Under the pieces are notes generated by a model. It saw only the letters and a program-made list of their open reading frames with translations, searched no databases and had not been told where the DNA came from. A DNA stretch of 64,000 nucleotides from positions 560,726-624,725 of the forward strand of contig MU004198.1 of the NCBI GenBank assembly GCA_010093605.1, given 5' to 3'. The translations under genes and the position numbers were made by a program. The DNA comes from Lophium mytilinum. Taxonomy: Eukaryota. Positions 11,677-24,137 of this stretch are shown here, one piece after another. The number at the start of each line of letters is the position of its first letter. Within the stretch, counting starts at the first letter, position 1.

Positions 11677-13841
11677 TTATCGTCTATGTGCCATATCCGC
11701 TTCCCACGTGCTCGAGCCAGACTGACCAAAGCTCGGGCGCCACTGCATTCTCAACGGGGCGTCATGCGAATCAGCACGCGGTTCCTCTGGAGGCGGAGGC
11801 GCCCTATGTGGAAGGCCAAGTGTTTGCCGCAACGGGGCGTGATGCGAATCAGCACGCGGTTCCTCTGGAGGCGGAGGCGCCCTATGTGGAAGGCCAAGTG
11901 TTTGCCGCAGCCCGCTGTTCTGCTGTTCTCCAACATTGGAAGGCCATCGACTGACCGGATCAAAGCCGTCTTGACGTTGCTGGTAAGGCTCCGACATGGG
12001 TGCCGGAGGCGCCCTATGTGGAAGGCCAAGTGTTTGCCGCAGCCCGCTGTTCTGCTGTTCTCCAACATTGGAAGGCCATCGACTGACCGGATCAAAGCCG
12101 TCTTGACGTTGCTGGTAAGGCTCCGACATGGGTGCCGGACTGTACCCGAACGGATTTCTGAATAATGGCCGCTGGATCGATGGACTAGCGTATGGGTTGA
12201 TATCCTCTATCGTGTCCGGAGGCATGCGGAGTTGATGTAAATTCTGCGGCTGATTCAGGAAGCCACTCGCCTGCAATCGAGGGGGTATTTGCGGGGGGGA
12301 GTTCTGTGGTAATGGCAGTTGCTCTGTTTCAGCTGGTAGATGTCAGCGGGTAGGAGAAAGCTCGTACGAACGCACCGGGGCGAAGGGAATGAGAGACTAC
12401 TTAAGAAAGGGCATCCAGGGGTGGCATTCCAAGCTTATTTAAGGTACTGACGCGCTTGCAGTGAGGTCCTAGGGATTGGGAAATGTACTTACGTAGGCTT
12501 TCAGCTGGCACAGTTTTCCAGTTCGGGTCATGTGCTCGCTTAGCCTTCTTCGGGTCAGGTTTCGGCATTTGATCGGACCTCCAGAAGGTCGGAGCTGGCC
12601 TCTTCTTGAAAAGCTCATGGAGGACGGTTTCGTCAACAAGACCACGAAGTGACATCCACACTTCTAAGGGATATGGCCTACCTTCTGGCAGCCTATTCTG
12701 CAGTACTCGAAGCGCCCTGCTCAAGTAAGTTTGTGAGTTTTGACGTTCCATGTTGGCTGCGTTAATTAATTCATTCAGGTCCTGCACTTGAACGTCTGCA
12801 GGGAACCCAGGAGTCGGCCCCATTTCGTATAGTTCGCGGAGCTCCACTTCGCTGTAGAAAGAATTGAGCGAACACCAAATAGCGAAAGGAAGCAATCTGC
12901 CATCCGGTGTCCCATTCCGCAACGTTTGAAGAGCGTCCGCCGCGAAACTGCCTGCCTGCTTGGCTTTTAGATGAGCCTCTCTAATGACTTCCATCACCGT
13001 GTTGACCAGCTCTTCCACGAGAACATCTCTCTGGACTGTCATGTGGACCTGAATGGTGTCAAGCTCAAGCCCTTGCTCGTCAAGGTTGGCATTTTTGTCC
13101 TTCCGAAGCTTCCGGCTGCGGGCCGCCGCATCCCTATTGCGTTCCAAGTTCCTTGCTCGTTTCATCGCTTCTTTCGAGCCTGGAAGCTCCCCTGGGCGGC
13201 TCTTAGCCCTCCTGCCACCCTTCCTCGTGAGCTCTGAATAGCACGCCTTTTGGAAAGGCGTGCGTGGCGCTGTCGCCCGCGGTGAAATCGCCGCCGATGA
13301 AGGAGTCTGGCTAGCATCTGGGGTCGGGAGCTGTAATCCGTCTGGCACTTCTACCGAGAGGCGGTCGACGTCGCGGGTTATTCCAGAGGTTATGTTTTCG
13401 GGAGAATGAGTCGATTCCACAAGGCCACCCATTGGTGCATGGTAAGTCGGCACCACAGTCGAGGTTCCATCCGCGCCATCGATATCGTTGTCTACCAAAG
13501 TTTCGCGACCAAATTCTAACACGCATATTCCTATTAGTCAAGGCACCGTCTCTTGGGAACGACGACAAACTTACCAAACTGTTCCTGGAAATGATGTCCC
13601 AAGTCATCCGGTTGATTAGAGAAACTAGAAGACGCGTCTAAATTTGCGTCAGGACCAATCAGATCTCATTCTTAGCTCGGAGGCAACATGCATTTGCCTA
13701 TCCAGAGACTACGAAGAACTTACCAAACTGTTCGTCATCGCAAAAGGTAATGTTGTCCAACTGATGGGTAAAGTCGGGGTCCTCAGGACCGACGAGATGC
13801 CCATTCTCGTAGCGAAACCCCGAAGAGTCACCACCTTCCAT
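11677..13841 (-). CDS. bZIP-domain protein with a duplicated internal domain and tandem-repeat C-terminus (4 exons)
   Basis: Basic region KRARNLERNRDAAARSRKLRK followed by a heptad zipper. Introns 13638-13723, 13531-13574 and 12333-12492 (all GTAAGT, branch site, AG) join MEGGDSSG... (ATG 13841), ORF 12401..13522 and ORF 11677..12276 in frame. Confidence 0.75.
11752..12138. repeat. Nested coding tandem duplications: 2 x 78 bp and 2 x 132 bp
   Basis: caacggggcgt... starts at 11752 and 11830 (78-bp unit). The core ggaggcgccctatgtggaaggccaagtgtttgccgca occurs three times (about 11795, 11873, 12005). The 132-bp unit repeats at about 11873 and 12005, essentially identical. Confidence 0.95.
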
Positions 13842-14263
13842 GCAGATGATAAACCGCTGGAACAAGCACCAGCCTATGAAAATCAGCGAAACCATACGAG
13901 GATCTGGATGAACTGCTGGAATTCAAGCCATAGGAATGAGTATGCACAGCAAGCGAAGTGTGGCCTCATTATCGGACTTTATCTATAGTAGCGGCCACCT
14001 TGCTACATGAAAAATCGGAGCATCTAGTAATACTCCCAATTAGGCAGACCTAGTGTTAAGAAGCACTTATCTCAAAGAGCCCGTTGCGAATGTTGACACG
14101 GTAACGCACGCTCTGGGCGACATTCACCGAGGCTTGCGCCCCAAAATAACAATGGATAGGAACTAACGAGGCTGGAGAGGACGAGACTTGACTCACGCGT
14201 AATTACGGTAGTGTGGAGCACCTTTGCCACTTTTGACTGCTAAATATAACAGATCTAGGCCGT

Positions 14264-14303
14264 CTGTCACGGAACAAGGAGCTGTCACGGAACAAGGAGC
14301 TGT
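14264..14303. repeat. 18-bp direct tandem repeat (ctgtcacggaacaaggag x2.2)
   Basis: Seen directly, about 420 bp upstream of the bZIP start codon. Confidence 0.9.
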
Positions 14304-16575
14304 AGGCCGTGTACGTGATGTATTGGATGAATGTTGATTGATGAGTGTAGGGGAGAGAGAGGTCTGGAGGAAGGTGAGGCTATAGACAAGAGGTAACACG
14401 TGCCTGCCGTAGCCCTCACCGCTACTCCCTGACACCGTCAAACAATTTGGCTGTTACGGTGTAGCCATACGAAGTTGACCGAGCCGCATCAGGACCTCCA
14501 AGGCATAAGAATAGCCTTGAGGGAAAGGTGAGTCGTGGTAGCACGGCTGTCCGTTGCGTTATAGGGGTCACTGAGTTTACAATGGATGAAATGCTGATTA
14601 TGGTGTGGATTTTACAGCAACCCAAAAGATATTTTGAGGAGGTGGAGGTCCACTGAACTTTAACAGTCCTCGTATGTTGAAGTAGGACAACCATGGAGAA
14701 AAGGGTCCGCTCTTTGCTCCCCTTGCAGGTACTGCCAAGGCAAGTTAATAGGGCGAATAGCATGGATGTTTAAGACGTTTTGTCTCGCTCTTAAGTTTCA
14801 TTGGGTTGTTAAATTCGGGTCCTTTATTAGTGGACGATAAACACTGTTTCAACATGGGGCGAGGCCTCTAAAGAAGTCTAAACTTAGTTCAACCCCGTTG
14901 ACGTTCAAGCCTCAGGCACCCCTTCGACGAGCGTTACTATACATTATTCCCATGGCTCCTCCTATCTCCTAAAGAACCGCTCACAGAATCCTGTAGCTCA
15001 AACGACGAGAAGCAAACCCTTCAACATCATCCACTTTCTGAAATTGAAGCTAAGAAAGACCAAAACAAATGACGGAGCTACGAGCCTAGTGACAGCGCTA
15101 CCACTAGTATAGAAGGCAAGCGCGCCTTGACTGCTGCAGAGCGACTTCTGATTGGTTTGTGCCGACAATAAAATGTTGACTCGTTGAGGAGTCCCACCCA
15201 GCCTCAAACTTGTCGGGAACTTCCGTCCTCATAACGCGCTGTTTTATTTCACCAGGGTGCCAGCAAAAGAGAGAGGGGAAACATTGGTATTCAGGCAAGA
15301 CAGAACAACTGCTCGCCCGTACCTGATTCGCGATCTAAACATCTAATCGCACTTCTGTCCGGCCTCGGAAACCCGACCGAACATGGCCTATGCCCCACAT
15401 AGGGAGCTTCGAAATCCATTTCCCTGCTCTCTCATGTCACCTGCTAGTCTACAACTCAAATTCTGTCTAGTGTGATAAGCCTAGGACCGTAGCTTGGAAG
15501 ATGTCACGTCTTCAAACGGAGACGGGACAAATGTCGTCGTAGGAGCACGCTCGGCGTGGCCAAACACGCCATTGTATTGGACAGATTCCATGGGCGAGGC
15601 TGCTAGCAAGGCTGCGACTGAGCGATAAGCCGAATAGATGCGGACCGTCGTCCGTAGCGGCGGCATGGAAGGTTCGGGACGTTACGCTAATTCCCCGATG
15701 AGGGGCTCCGCCTCCACTAACGCCCCGAACTGACGTAACGAGGCAGCTTTTATGCCTGAGGATAGACAGGCCTAAAGCAAATATGACCCCTAGCTGTTCC
15801 TAGTGTATTGGCAACTAAGCAAGCGCTGCAACAGCCTTGATTTGAGTGGTCAGTTGGGAGATGTCAAGAGCGCTGGGGGATGAGGCTGGACATCCGATTG
15901 ATGACGTCGAATATCATCAGTACTAGCACCCGAGTAGCCATAGCACAGCAGGAAGAAATGACGCAAGATCAGGCCAGAAATGTGAAAGGAAGAAAAGGAA
16001 CTAGGATGGCTCGAGGAAGGAGGGCGGCGATCCGAGTTCTTGTACTGTATAATGTGCCAGCGTAGTGCTTCTTCCAAGTGTATGGTGCAGGTCGGGGCCA
16101 TCTACGGGACTTTATAGGCACTGTATGTACATCGACGTCGACCAGTCGGCGAATATGACAGGATCAGAGGGAAGGTACGATGAAAATGGGCGAAGGGTGA
16201 CACAAATAACACCACAACTTGCTATTCTGGCGAGCCCGTAGGCATCTGCGTGAGGAGCCCTGGTGGGGACTGCTGCGGGGTAGCTGTTCTGGCCCCAGTA
16301 TAGAAGCAGTAAATAGCTCCAGAGCAGTGAGTTTGAGGTAGTTGATTGCGGGCCAATCAAGGAGCTTCAGAATTAACCTTTCGCTTCGATCGCGGGACGA
16401 ACCGTGCTGGACCCTGCAGCACAAGGCACGTGCAAAGCAACCTTGAACACCACTCCGCCAATTCATCTCATCTTCAACACCACGCTTGCTATCTGAAACG
16501 CCCAGGCGTATTCGACGAGGCCTTCTCATACTTCATATCCTCCTCCACCGTCGCTACCATCTTCTGCTGCACACC

Positions 16576-17329
16576 ATGCCCAGCATGTCCGCCGCCGTGC
16601 CGACACCCAACCCACCCGACGACCCCTACCTACGAGTACAAGCACACACCTGTCCAAAGTGCGGCGCCGAATACGCCCACACCCTCGACGAGCACAACGA
16701 CAGCGACAAGCGCCGAATATCAGAACTAGAATCCCAGATCAGGCTCCTAACCGAAAAGGCCACCTCCGCCGGTACGCCCTCCCTTCCTCCCAAACCCCCA
16801 CAAAGCTCTAGCTAACTCCAAATCTTCTCCAGTCGACAAACTCACCGACTACGAAGACGAGCTCCGCCGCCTCAAATCCACCCAACCACCCCCCGAACCC
16901 CCCCGCTCCTCCACCGACACCGAAGCCCCCCGCCCCACCACCTCCTCCAGCACCTCCGCCCCCAAACCCTCCCGCTTCTCCTCCCTCCTCGGCGCCCGCC
17001 GCGACACCCCCCCGCCCCTCCCCCCCGTCCCCTCGCCATCAGCCCAGCAACAACCCGACCTCCGCGCCGCGCTGGAGCGCGAGCAGAGCCTCCGCGCGGC
17101 AGCCGAGGGCAAGCTCACCGCGATGAGCGGGGAGATCGAGGATCTCAGCGTGCAGCTGTTCCAGCAGGCGAACGAGATGGTAGCGACGGAGCGGAAGGCG
17201 CGGGCGAAGCTGGAGGAGCGGGTGGCGGTGCTGGAGTCGCGGGACGACGAGAAGCGGAAGCGGTTGGAGAGGTTGGAGGGGGCGATGCGGAGGATTGAGC
17301 GGGTGAGGGGGTTGTTGCAGGTTGGGTGA
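16576..17329 (+). CDS. Short Sec2p-domain (GDP/GTP exchange factor-like) coiled-coil protein
   Basis: CPKCG near the N-terminus, then RRISELESQIRLLTEKATSA|VDKLTDYEDELRRL (intron about 16772-16832). EIEDLSVQLFQQANEMVATERKAR resembles the Sec2 ELEELTASLFEEANKMV motif. Confidence 0.8.
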
Positions 17330-18516
17330 CCTGATGGAGGGGGCTATGCGGTTATGTTTGGGGACTTACATAATTATACGGAGGGGGAGGTGCTCTGCTA
17401 GAATTGGACGTGGCGAGCGGATATGTCTGGAATTGAAGAAGGGCGCGTCAGGGCATGCGCTGCGTCGCTCGCGAGGGATACACAGCGCCGTGGCATGGTG
17501 CTGTTGCGGTCTTTAGGGACTGCTTTGAAGACCCGCCAGGGCCAGATATCTGTGGTCCTGGTAAGCTGTCTCGGCTATGTGAATACGAGGAAAGGGCTTG
17601 GCATGATTCTCTGGCCTAGGGGCCATCGCAGACACGCCGGACGCTCTGTGTAGAGGGCTAATGAAGAGAGAAGTGGCATGGGGGGTTGCATTATCGTGTT
17701 ATTGACGTCGCATTTAGCGCTCATAACCTAAGCTTGTACTGCTAGATTGTGTTATATATTGCTACATCAAATCATATTCATCACTCTTACCCACTTATAA
17801 CCAATGACCGGATCACTCCAGTTTATATCTTGTACTACTGCTGAACTACTCCTCGCAGTGCACTCCGAAGTAGTATGGCAAAAAAGCCGTTAGTGACACA
17901 AAGGCAAGCTGATCACGGTGCAACTCGCCAAAGCAACATCTCATCTGAAGCATGATGACAGTACTCAATAGTTGCCATTTGGCACTCAATTTCCTACCGC
18001 TAATATGTACACCATCCAACCTCATAACGTCCATCCCCAAACCCCTTTCATGTCCTCCGGAAAAAATCCCCTATCATATTTATGAACACAAACCTCCATA
18101 CTCGCCGTGCACAGCACCGCAAGGCACCAGTGAAATGCTTATACGCCTAAACCTGCAAACAGAAAATGGAACTAGCCGAACTTCAAGCGGCGGCAATTGC
18201 CACGCTGCAGAAGCCAACGAAGAGAAAGAAAAAGACACTCGAAATGCAGGAGATGCAGAAAAAATGCCAAATCAAAGCATTATCCCCGCTTACCTAGAAG
18301 CCAAACGCAAGGCGGGTTCCCACTAAGGATATGAATTCCGCTTGATCAACAAACAAGCGCCCCAGAAAATCCAAACAAAGCCAAACTTGACAAACCGGGT
18401 ATACCCGCAAGAAACAACACCACAGTTAAGTTCATACATTCGTCCTCAACGCATCCAACACTTTCACTCGGATATCATGATGCGCAATCCAAGATCGTTC
18501 TCCAGAAATTGAAAAG

Positions 18517-21500
18517 TTATCGAGCTGGAATAGTGGCGGATAGCTGCTTTTTCCTTTTCTTGACCAACCACTCGCTGAGTAACGAGTCCAGCCGCCCACC
18601 CATGTCTTTGACGGCACTTCGTTCGTCTTGGAACAAACCGGCCATGATGGGGTGCTCCGGCCCGACAGGTACAACGCCAGAGGTGTCGTGCACGACGAGG
18701 AGCATGTCCCGGATGTCGCTGCCATCGTCGAGGTAGGTGCGGAGACTGGCGTCTGACCACGCGGGTAAGGAGGCGGTTGAGGATGGCGGAGGGGAGTGCT
18801 GCATTTCGTGGGTGGGGATAGGAGCAGGGCGACTTGGGGCTGCTGGGACATTTGTGAGAGGCGGTGTTAGGGTCGTTGGTGATGGGGTGCCTGTCGGGCG
18901 AGAGGCGATGAGATTGGGTGCTGAGGGCTGTGATGTAGAAGGGCTATCGCGGAGGGAGGGAGTTGATATTGGCGATCCCGAGTCTTGGCTTGAGGTATCG
19001 CCAGTAAGGTCAGGAGGATTGTGGGCGTCGTGATCAAGGCCGCGACTGGACAATTCATTTTCTGGAGGCTGTGCATCTCTCGGAGACACATGCACTGGGG
19101 ACTCAGATAATCGCTCTGCAGCATCCGAAGGGTCGGTGCAGCGTTGGGACGTCTCATCCGGACCGTCATGGGGGTCTGCAAAAGGGTCCGCCTTCTCGTC
19201 GTCTGCTGAGGAGTCGAAATCATCGAGCTGAACGCGTTGCTTCGCCTTTTTGACCTTTTCGGGCCGAGGTTCGTTCGGACTGCGACCTAGCATATTGGTA
19301 AGAGGAGTTAGTTTCGATGCGGAAGAATTGGACCGAGATCTTTGGGACTCCGCTCTAGACTCCGGTGATTGTATGCGGCCTTGTACGGATTCCTGCGGAA
19401 GGTGTTCTGGTTCGGGAGATACCAGACGCATGGTACCGGGATTTTGTTGACCATTAGGTTTGGAGTTCAATGGAGCTGGCTGAAGCTGCACTGTAGGCTC
19501 TGGACTTGCAGTCTGTGACGTATTTTGCGCGTTCTTTGGAGGAGACACGTCGCCATTTCGGGGTGCTTTTTGGAGTTTGCCCTTGCTGGGATTTCTCTGG
19601 GGTTGCACCGCGGGTTCCTTTTCGGACATGGAGTTCTCCGTCGGCGAGTCGTCCGAGTTCTTGCTCTGAGGTGAGCCTCTTCCAAGCTCCTCGGAAACCT
19701 TCTCAGTATCACTACCCTCAGGATCTTGGGTCTTGGTTTTCTTGTCCTTCCTCTTGAACAGCCCGCTAAGCATTCCAGGTTTCTTCTCTTTCTTTTTCTT
19801 CTCGTCCTTTGTCTTATCCGCGAATCCGTTCTTCTCGAGACTTTCCAGGCTAGGACCTCGCTCCTTAGTCTCAAAGGACCGCGTGGTTGAACCGCTGGAG
19901 TCGTCTCTGAGAATGTTTGGCGTCAGGGTAATTTTCCGTGTCTCTGCGTTGTCATCTTTGAAGAACGAATCTGTGTTTCGAAGTGTCCCGTTCCGCGAGA
20001 CTTTCGGATCGACTATAACAGGTAAGCTTTCCGATTTAGTATGACCCTGTAAAGAGAACCTACGAGGTCGATCAAACATCTCATCACTTGTTCGTTGTTT
20101 GTCGCTCTCCTTCAACAATTCATCGGTTGAGTCTCGGGGGGCATCAATGCTATCCGCAGATGATTTGACATCCTTCTTGGCGCCGTTGATCTTGAGTGGT
20201 TGGACAGCCAGTGCATCCTCCTGCTCTGGCTCTTGGCCGTTTTGCGTCGCCTCAACTTGTGTCTGCTGAGACGTCCCTTCGAATGAATCGTCTTGGTCAT
20301 CGTCTTCGTCGGAAGAGTAGTCATAGTCAGAGGCTTCGACATATGTAGGCGCTGTAAACTGAACAGTCTTTGCGTTTCGTCGCCTCATTGCCTTTTTCAA
20401 GGGGTTCTTCGTTTTCTCGGCTGTATCGCCCAGCATGGTAGCAGATAGCTGTATTGATTAGAAAAGACCCCAGCAAAATCCAAGAAAACATACATCAATA
20501 TTTCGGTGCTTATTCAACCGCGCTAATCGCTCGGTCGGCGTCTCGATGTGCTCGGCGGGGAGATATCCTAAGATCGTTAGTTTGTGAAATGATAAGCAGA
20601 TGCAGGAGGACGTACCAATACTGCTATCCTTCACTACTCTAACCAGCCACCAATAGCTATTACTATCGTCCAAAAGGACCATGGTGTCGCCTTTGGTGGC
20701 ATTGGCTTGGCCTTCTACCGTGGCCACAAATGTATGCAACGCGTAAACAAACTCAAAATCGATGTCCTCTGTGTATCGTAAGCACTCTCCGCCCCAGCCA
20801 GAGTCAATGAAACGGGGATCTTCAGAAAAAGAAACGTCACTGTCATCATCATCGCCAGAATAGTCCATGTCAAGGGCAGAGTCGGCGTCGCTGTCGGTTA
20901 TCCAGGATGCATCGGAGCTTGTTGGAGAACCCGGCGGTGTAGGATGAGGAGTGTGGACGACCTTGAATTCTCCGGGGGGAAACATTCTCCGATCAATCTT
21001 TGGAGGGATGAGGTAGTATTCATCAACATCAGAACCGTTTTCCAGTTCAGAACAGTCTTCAATATCAGACGTTTGCAGTTCAGGGCCGTCCTCAACATCC
21101 GAAATGGTTTCCAGTTCAGGGCCGTCTTCCATATCCGACCTTTCCAGTTCAGGTCCATTTTCGATATCCGAACCTTCCAGGAGCGGGTCATCTGAGGGAA
21201 GCAGCATCTTTCGAAGGTCACCGGAGTCAAACTTGACCAGCGAGACGTTGGAATCCTGGCGGATGCTCTGCAATTGGGCGTCAATCCTAGACAGATAATC
21301 GGGCTGTGGTTGTGGCAGTGTGGTCGAGGTGGCATCCGTGATTCCGGCGAAGCGGACCGTCTTCCTGGCGCCTGGTTTTGATGCCTCCAGCGGCGTATAC
21401 TTACGACCACGATGAAGATGACTTGGTGACTGTGCCTGAGGCAATCTTGAGCGTAGGGATGAAGGAAAAGGTGTAGGGGAAGGAATGAGAGAAGACGTCG

Positions 21501-22149
21501 GCCGAGCCCCCGTTCCAGCTGCTGTGTCGGGATCGTCTTGACCAGCGGATACAACGAGCGGAAGGTGAATAGGCGTTGATCTGTAGGGCGAAGAAGAGAA
21601 ATCGAGGCTGGGTGAAGGGGTGTCCGACTTCGAGTACCGAGTGGGAGTCGGAGTCGAATCCGGAGAGAGAGAAGAAGAACGGCGCGGAGGCCAGGACGTA
21701 GGTAGAGAATACACACCATCGTCAATTGACGGCGAACTCGAGATTTTGTCCATCATATCGTCGTCGTCGTCCATGTCGTCCATGTCGCCGTCGGCCATGT
21801 CTCCGTCGTCGCCGGCATTGGACATGCCGCCATTCATGCGTATAGCTTGCTCGTCTTGTCGTTGCTGATCAGCATTGCTGACGAGGGTGGTCTCATCGTC
21901 TGAGCCTGGGTCCTCGCGCAGAGCAGCGCCCGAGTCGTCCCATGCCTTCTGCAGGTTGGCATCTTCAGCAGCGCGCTCATCGTCAGCCTGTTTGACCGCG
22001 GCCGCCTGGTGGGGAGCGGCTGGGCCAATTCCGAGGGGTGCTGGACGAGCGGGCTGGCGGGAGTGGTCCTGAGCGGTAGGAGAGGTCTTTTCTTGTAAAT
22101 CGAGCGTATCTGCACGGGAACCACTGTTAGAGAGTGCGCCAGTTCGCAT
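18517..22149 (-). CDS. tea4: SH3-domain polarity protein Tea4/TeaC/Bud14
   Basis: IDFEFVYALHTFVATVEGQANATKGDTMVLLDDSNSYWWLVR...GYLPAEHIETPTERLARLNKHRN is the Tea4/Bud14-type SH3. Also a KTVQF PP1-docking motif and C-terminal WSDASLRTYLDD...LDSLL. Confidence 0.9.
21025..21175 (-). repeat. Imperfect 33-36 bp coding tandem repeat (SD(I/M/V)EDGPELE, about 4.5 copies)
   Basis: cagttcag-containing units recur. The peptide reads SDIENGPELER-SDMEDGPELETI-SDVEDGPELQT-SDIEDCSELENG-SDVDE. Confidence 0.85.
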
Positions 22150-24137
22150 TGCTCAGCGCGGAGACGTACCAGCCCGAATAATATGGGGTCGCGTCATTCT
22201 AACTCATGTCCAAAAAAGAATCCAGCGGGTGGGATGTTTGTGCCGCCCGTCGCCAAATCGACCGAGGCGTCCAAAGAATGCGAATGTCGGGGGAGCAGAA
22301 GGCAAACGGGTCTAAGCAATGCCACAAGAACTATAGCAGCAAAGAATGTGCAGCCTATGGAGGGAGGAGCGGCCGTCGCATGCGGTGGTTGGAGTCTAAG
22401 TCGGGGGGGAGGCACAGGCCACCAGGACGTGAGGCGGTGCTGATCGGAGGCCTCAATGGTGGCGCGGCGCTGAGAATGCGGTCGGTAGGTAGGTATGGAT
22501 GTAGGAGAATGGTCGGTAGGGCGCTGGAGCAGCCTTGGGGTTCGCAGCAGTGGTGTTCGGGGGTCTTCAGGGTGCAAGAAAGGGAGTCAAGTTTCGTGTT
22601 TCATTAATGCCAGGGGGCTGTCCCGAAATACTTGCCCCGTGCTTTCTGGGTAGCGCCTCCCCACCCCCAAGAGCCCGACGCCGGCATCCATGACCGCTGT
22701 CGACCGTAAACTGGGCCCGCTGCCTGCTGCCCGCCTGCTATCGACAAGCCGGCCTGCATGCTGTGTTCCATGCTGTAGGCGTCCATATGACGATTGAACC
22801 CACAGCAGCAGCACTCCCCTCTGTTCAAGAGGAGGCGCAGGCCAGCAGGCAAGTCACGCGGGCTGGACTGGGGTCGCTTAAACGAGCAACGAGCCACAGC
22901 ACGCTAATCTTGTTCCTGAGCACTGGAGATCTCATGGAAGTAAGCTTGGTTCCTTGGTTGTTGGAGAGGCATCGCGGCCATGGCTCCGCGTCCGCTGCCA
23001 TCTAGAAGGCCAGCTCGTCGTCGTCATCCACCATGGCACTTGTCAATGGCCATGTTTGCTGCATGCATCAAGTCCCCGCCCGATTGAAACACTCGACTCA
23101 GACCTGCAGGCCTGTCTTGCCTTGAAACGTCATCTTGCCCATTGGACATAACCACGACGAAAACCTTGATCATCATTAAGCACCTGGCGAGAATCGGGTA
23201 GCGTTCAGCTGTGTGCCCTTCCTACCGGTCGATGAGAGAGAGCAGTTCTCGTGAGGGACTTCGCTCCTTCAGTCTTCTTCGGTGCACCGAGCCGTATCCT
23301 GCAGTGGCACAGGGTCGCATTCGGGACTTGCACTAGAAAAGCGGTGTTTACAGCTAATGGGCTCAGAAAAAATGTATAAGACCATTCTGAAGGCATATCA
23401 GTCCTTACATGACGTCCCGATACATCTTTCTATCACAGCATTGGGCCAGAAGTTGTTCCGAATCCTCAAACATGGACCCCATCCGAGAACAGCGCGCCGG
23501 GTTCTATATTGGGCACAAGCCGCATATGATGGTCGAAATCCATCCTTAGCATCGGAAGGTCTCCCGCAGCCTTTCTAGCAAACAATTATCGAGGTGTACC
23601 TATGCGACTTCGTTTGCGATTTGTTGTCGTAGCTTTCATGGCTTGGCACTTCATCACGCCTCGTCAAATCAAGCTCTCGTTGAGCCTCGGTCCTCTTCAG
23701 CCCGATCCAAAGTTGGGAACCAACCTTCCCCAGTCTGTGGAACCCAAGAGATGTCCACCTGCAGGTTGTCCGATGCTTTGGTCACCTTCCAACGTCATTG
23801 ACATCAAATACCTGCGTCGAACCGAGGGTCTCCTGAGAACGGATGTCGGTCATGTCCTTATTCATTATCTACTTGAAGCCGTGTTACTTGAGCCTTTTTC
23901 TCCTTTTAGCATCTTATTATAGCTGCTACACGTGGCAGTAGTTCAATCCCTCGTCGTAGGTTTCTGCGCTTTTGCCATCCAGTACTTGGAGTGCCTCATG
24001 GTAATGTCAGATGTCTAATCGAAACCAAACCCATCCTCTTGAATAGCCATTAACCGTGTAGACTATGGCTGACAAACTTGTAAATGCATGATAAGAAAAT
24101 GAGAATACAATAGACTCTACTACTCTCACAGCACCGC

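Noticed and set aside
11752..12138. CRISPR-like repeat-spacer array
   Set aside because: The sequences between cores are themselves duplicated, units are in-frame coding repeats, the genome is eukaryotic and no cas genes are present.
14000..16500. Short ORFs in the long bZIP/Sec2-like intergenic region
   Set aside because: No family motifs or coherent splicing; treated as non-coding or unrecognisably decayed.
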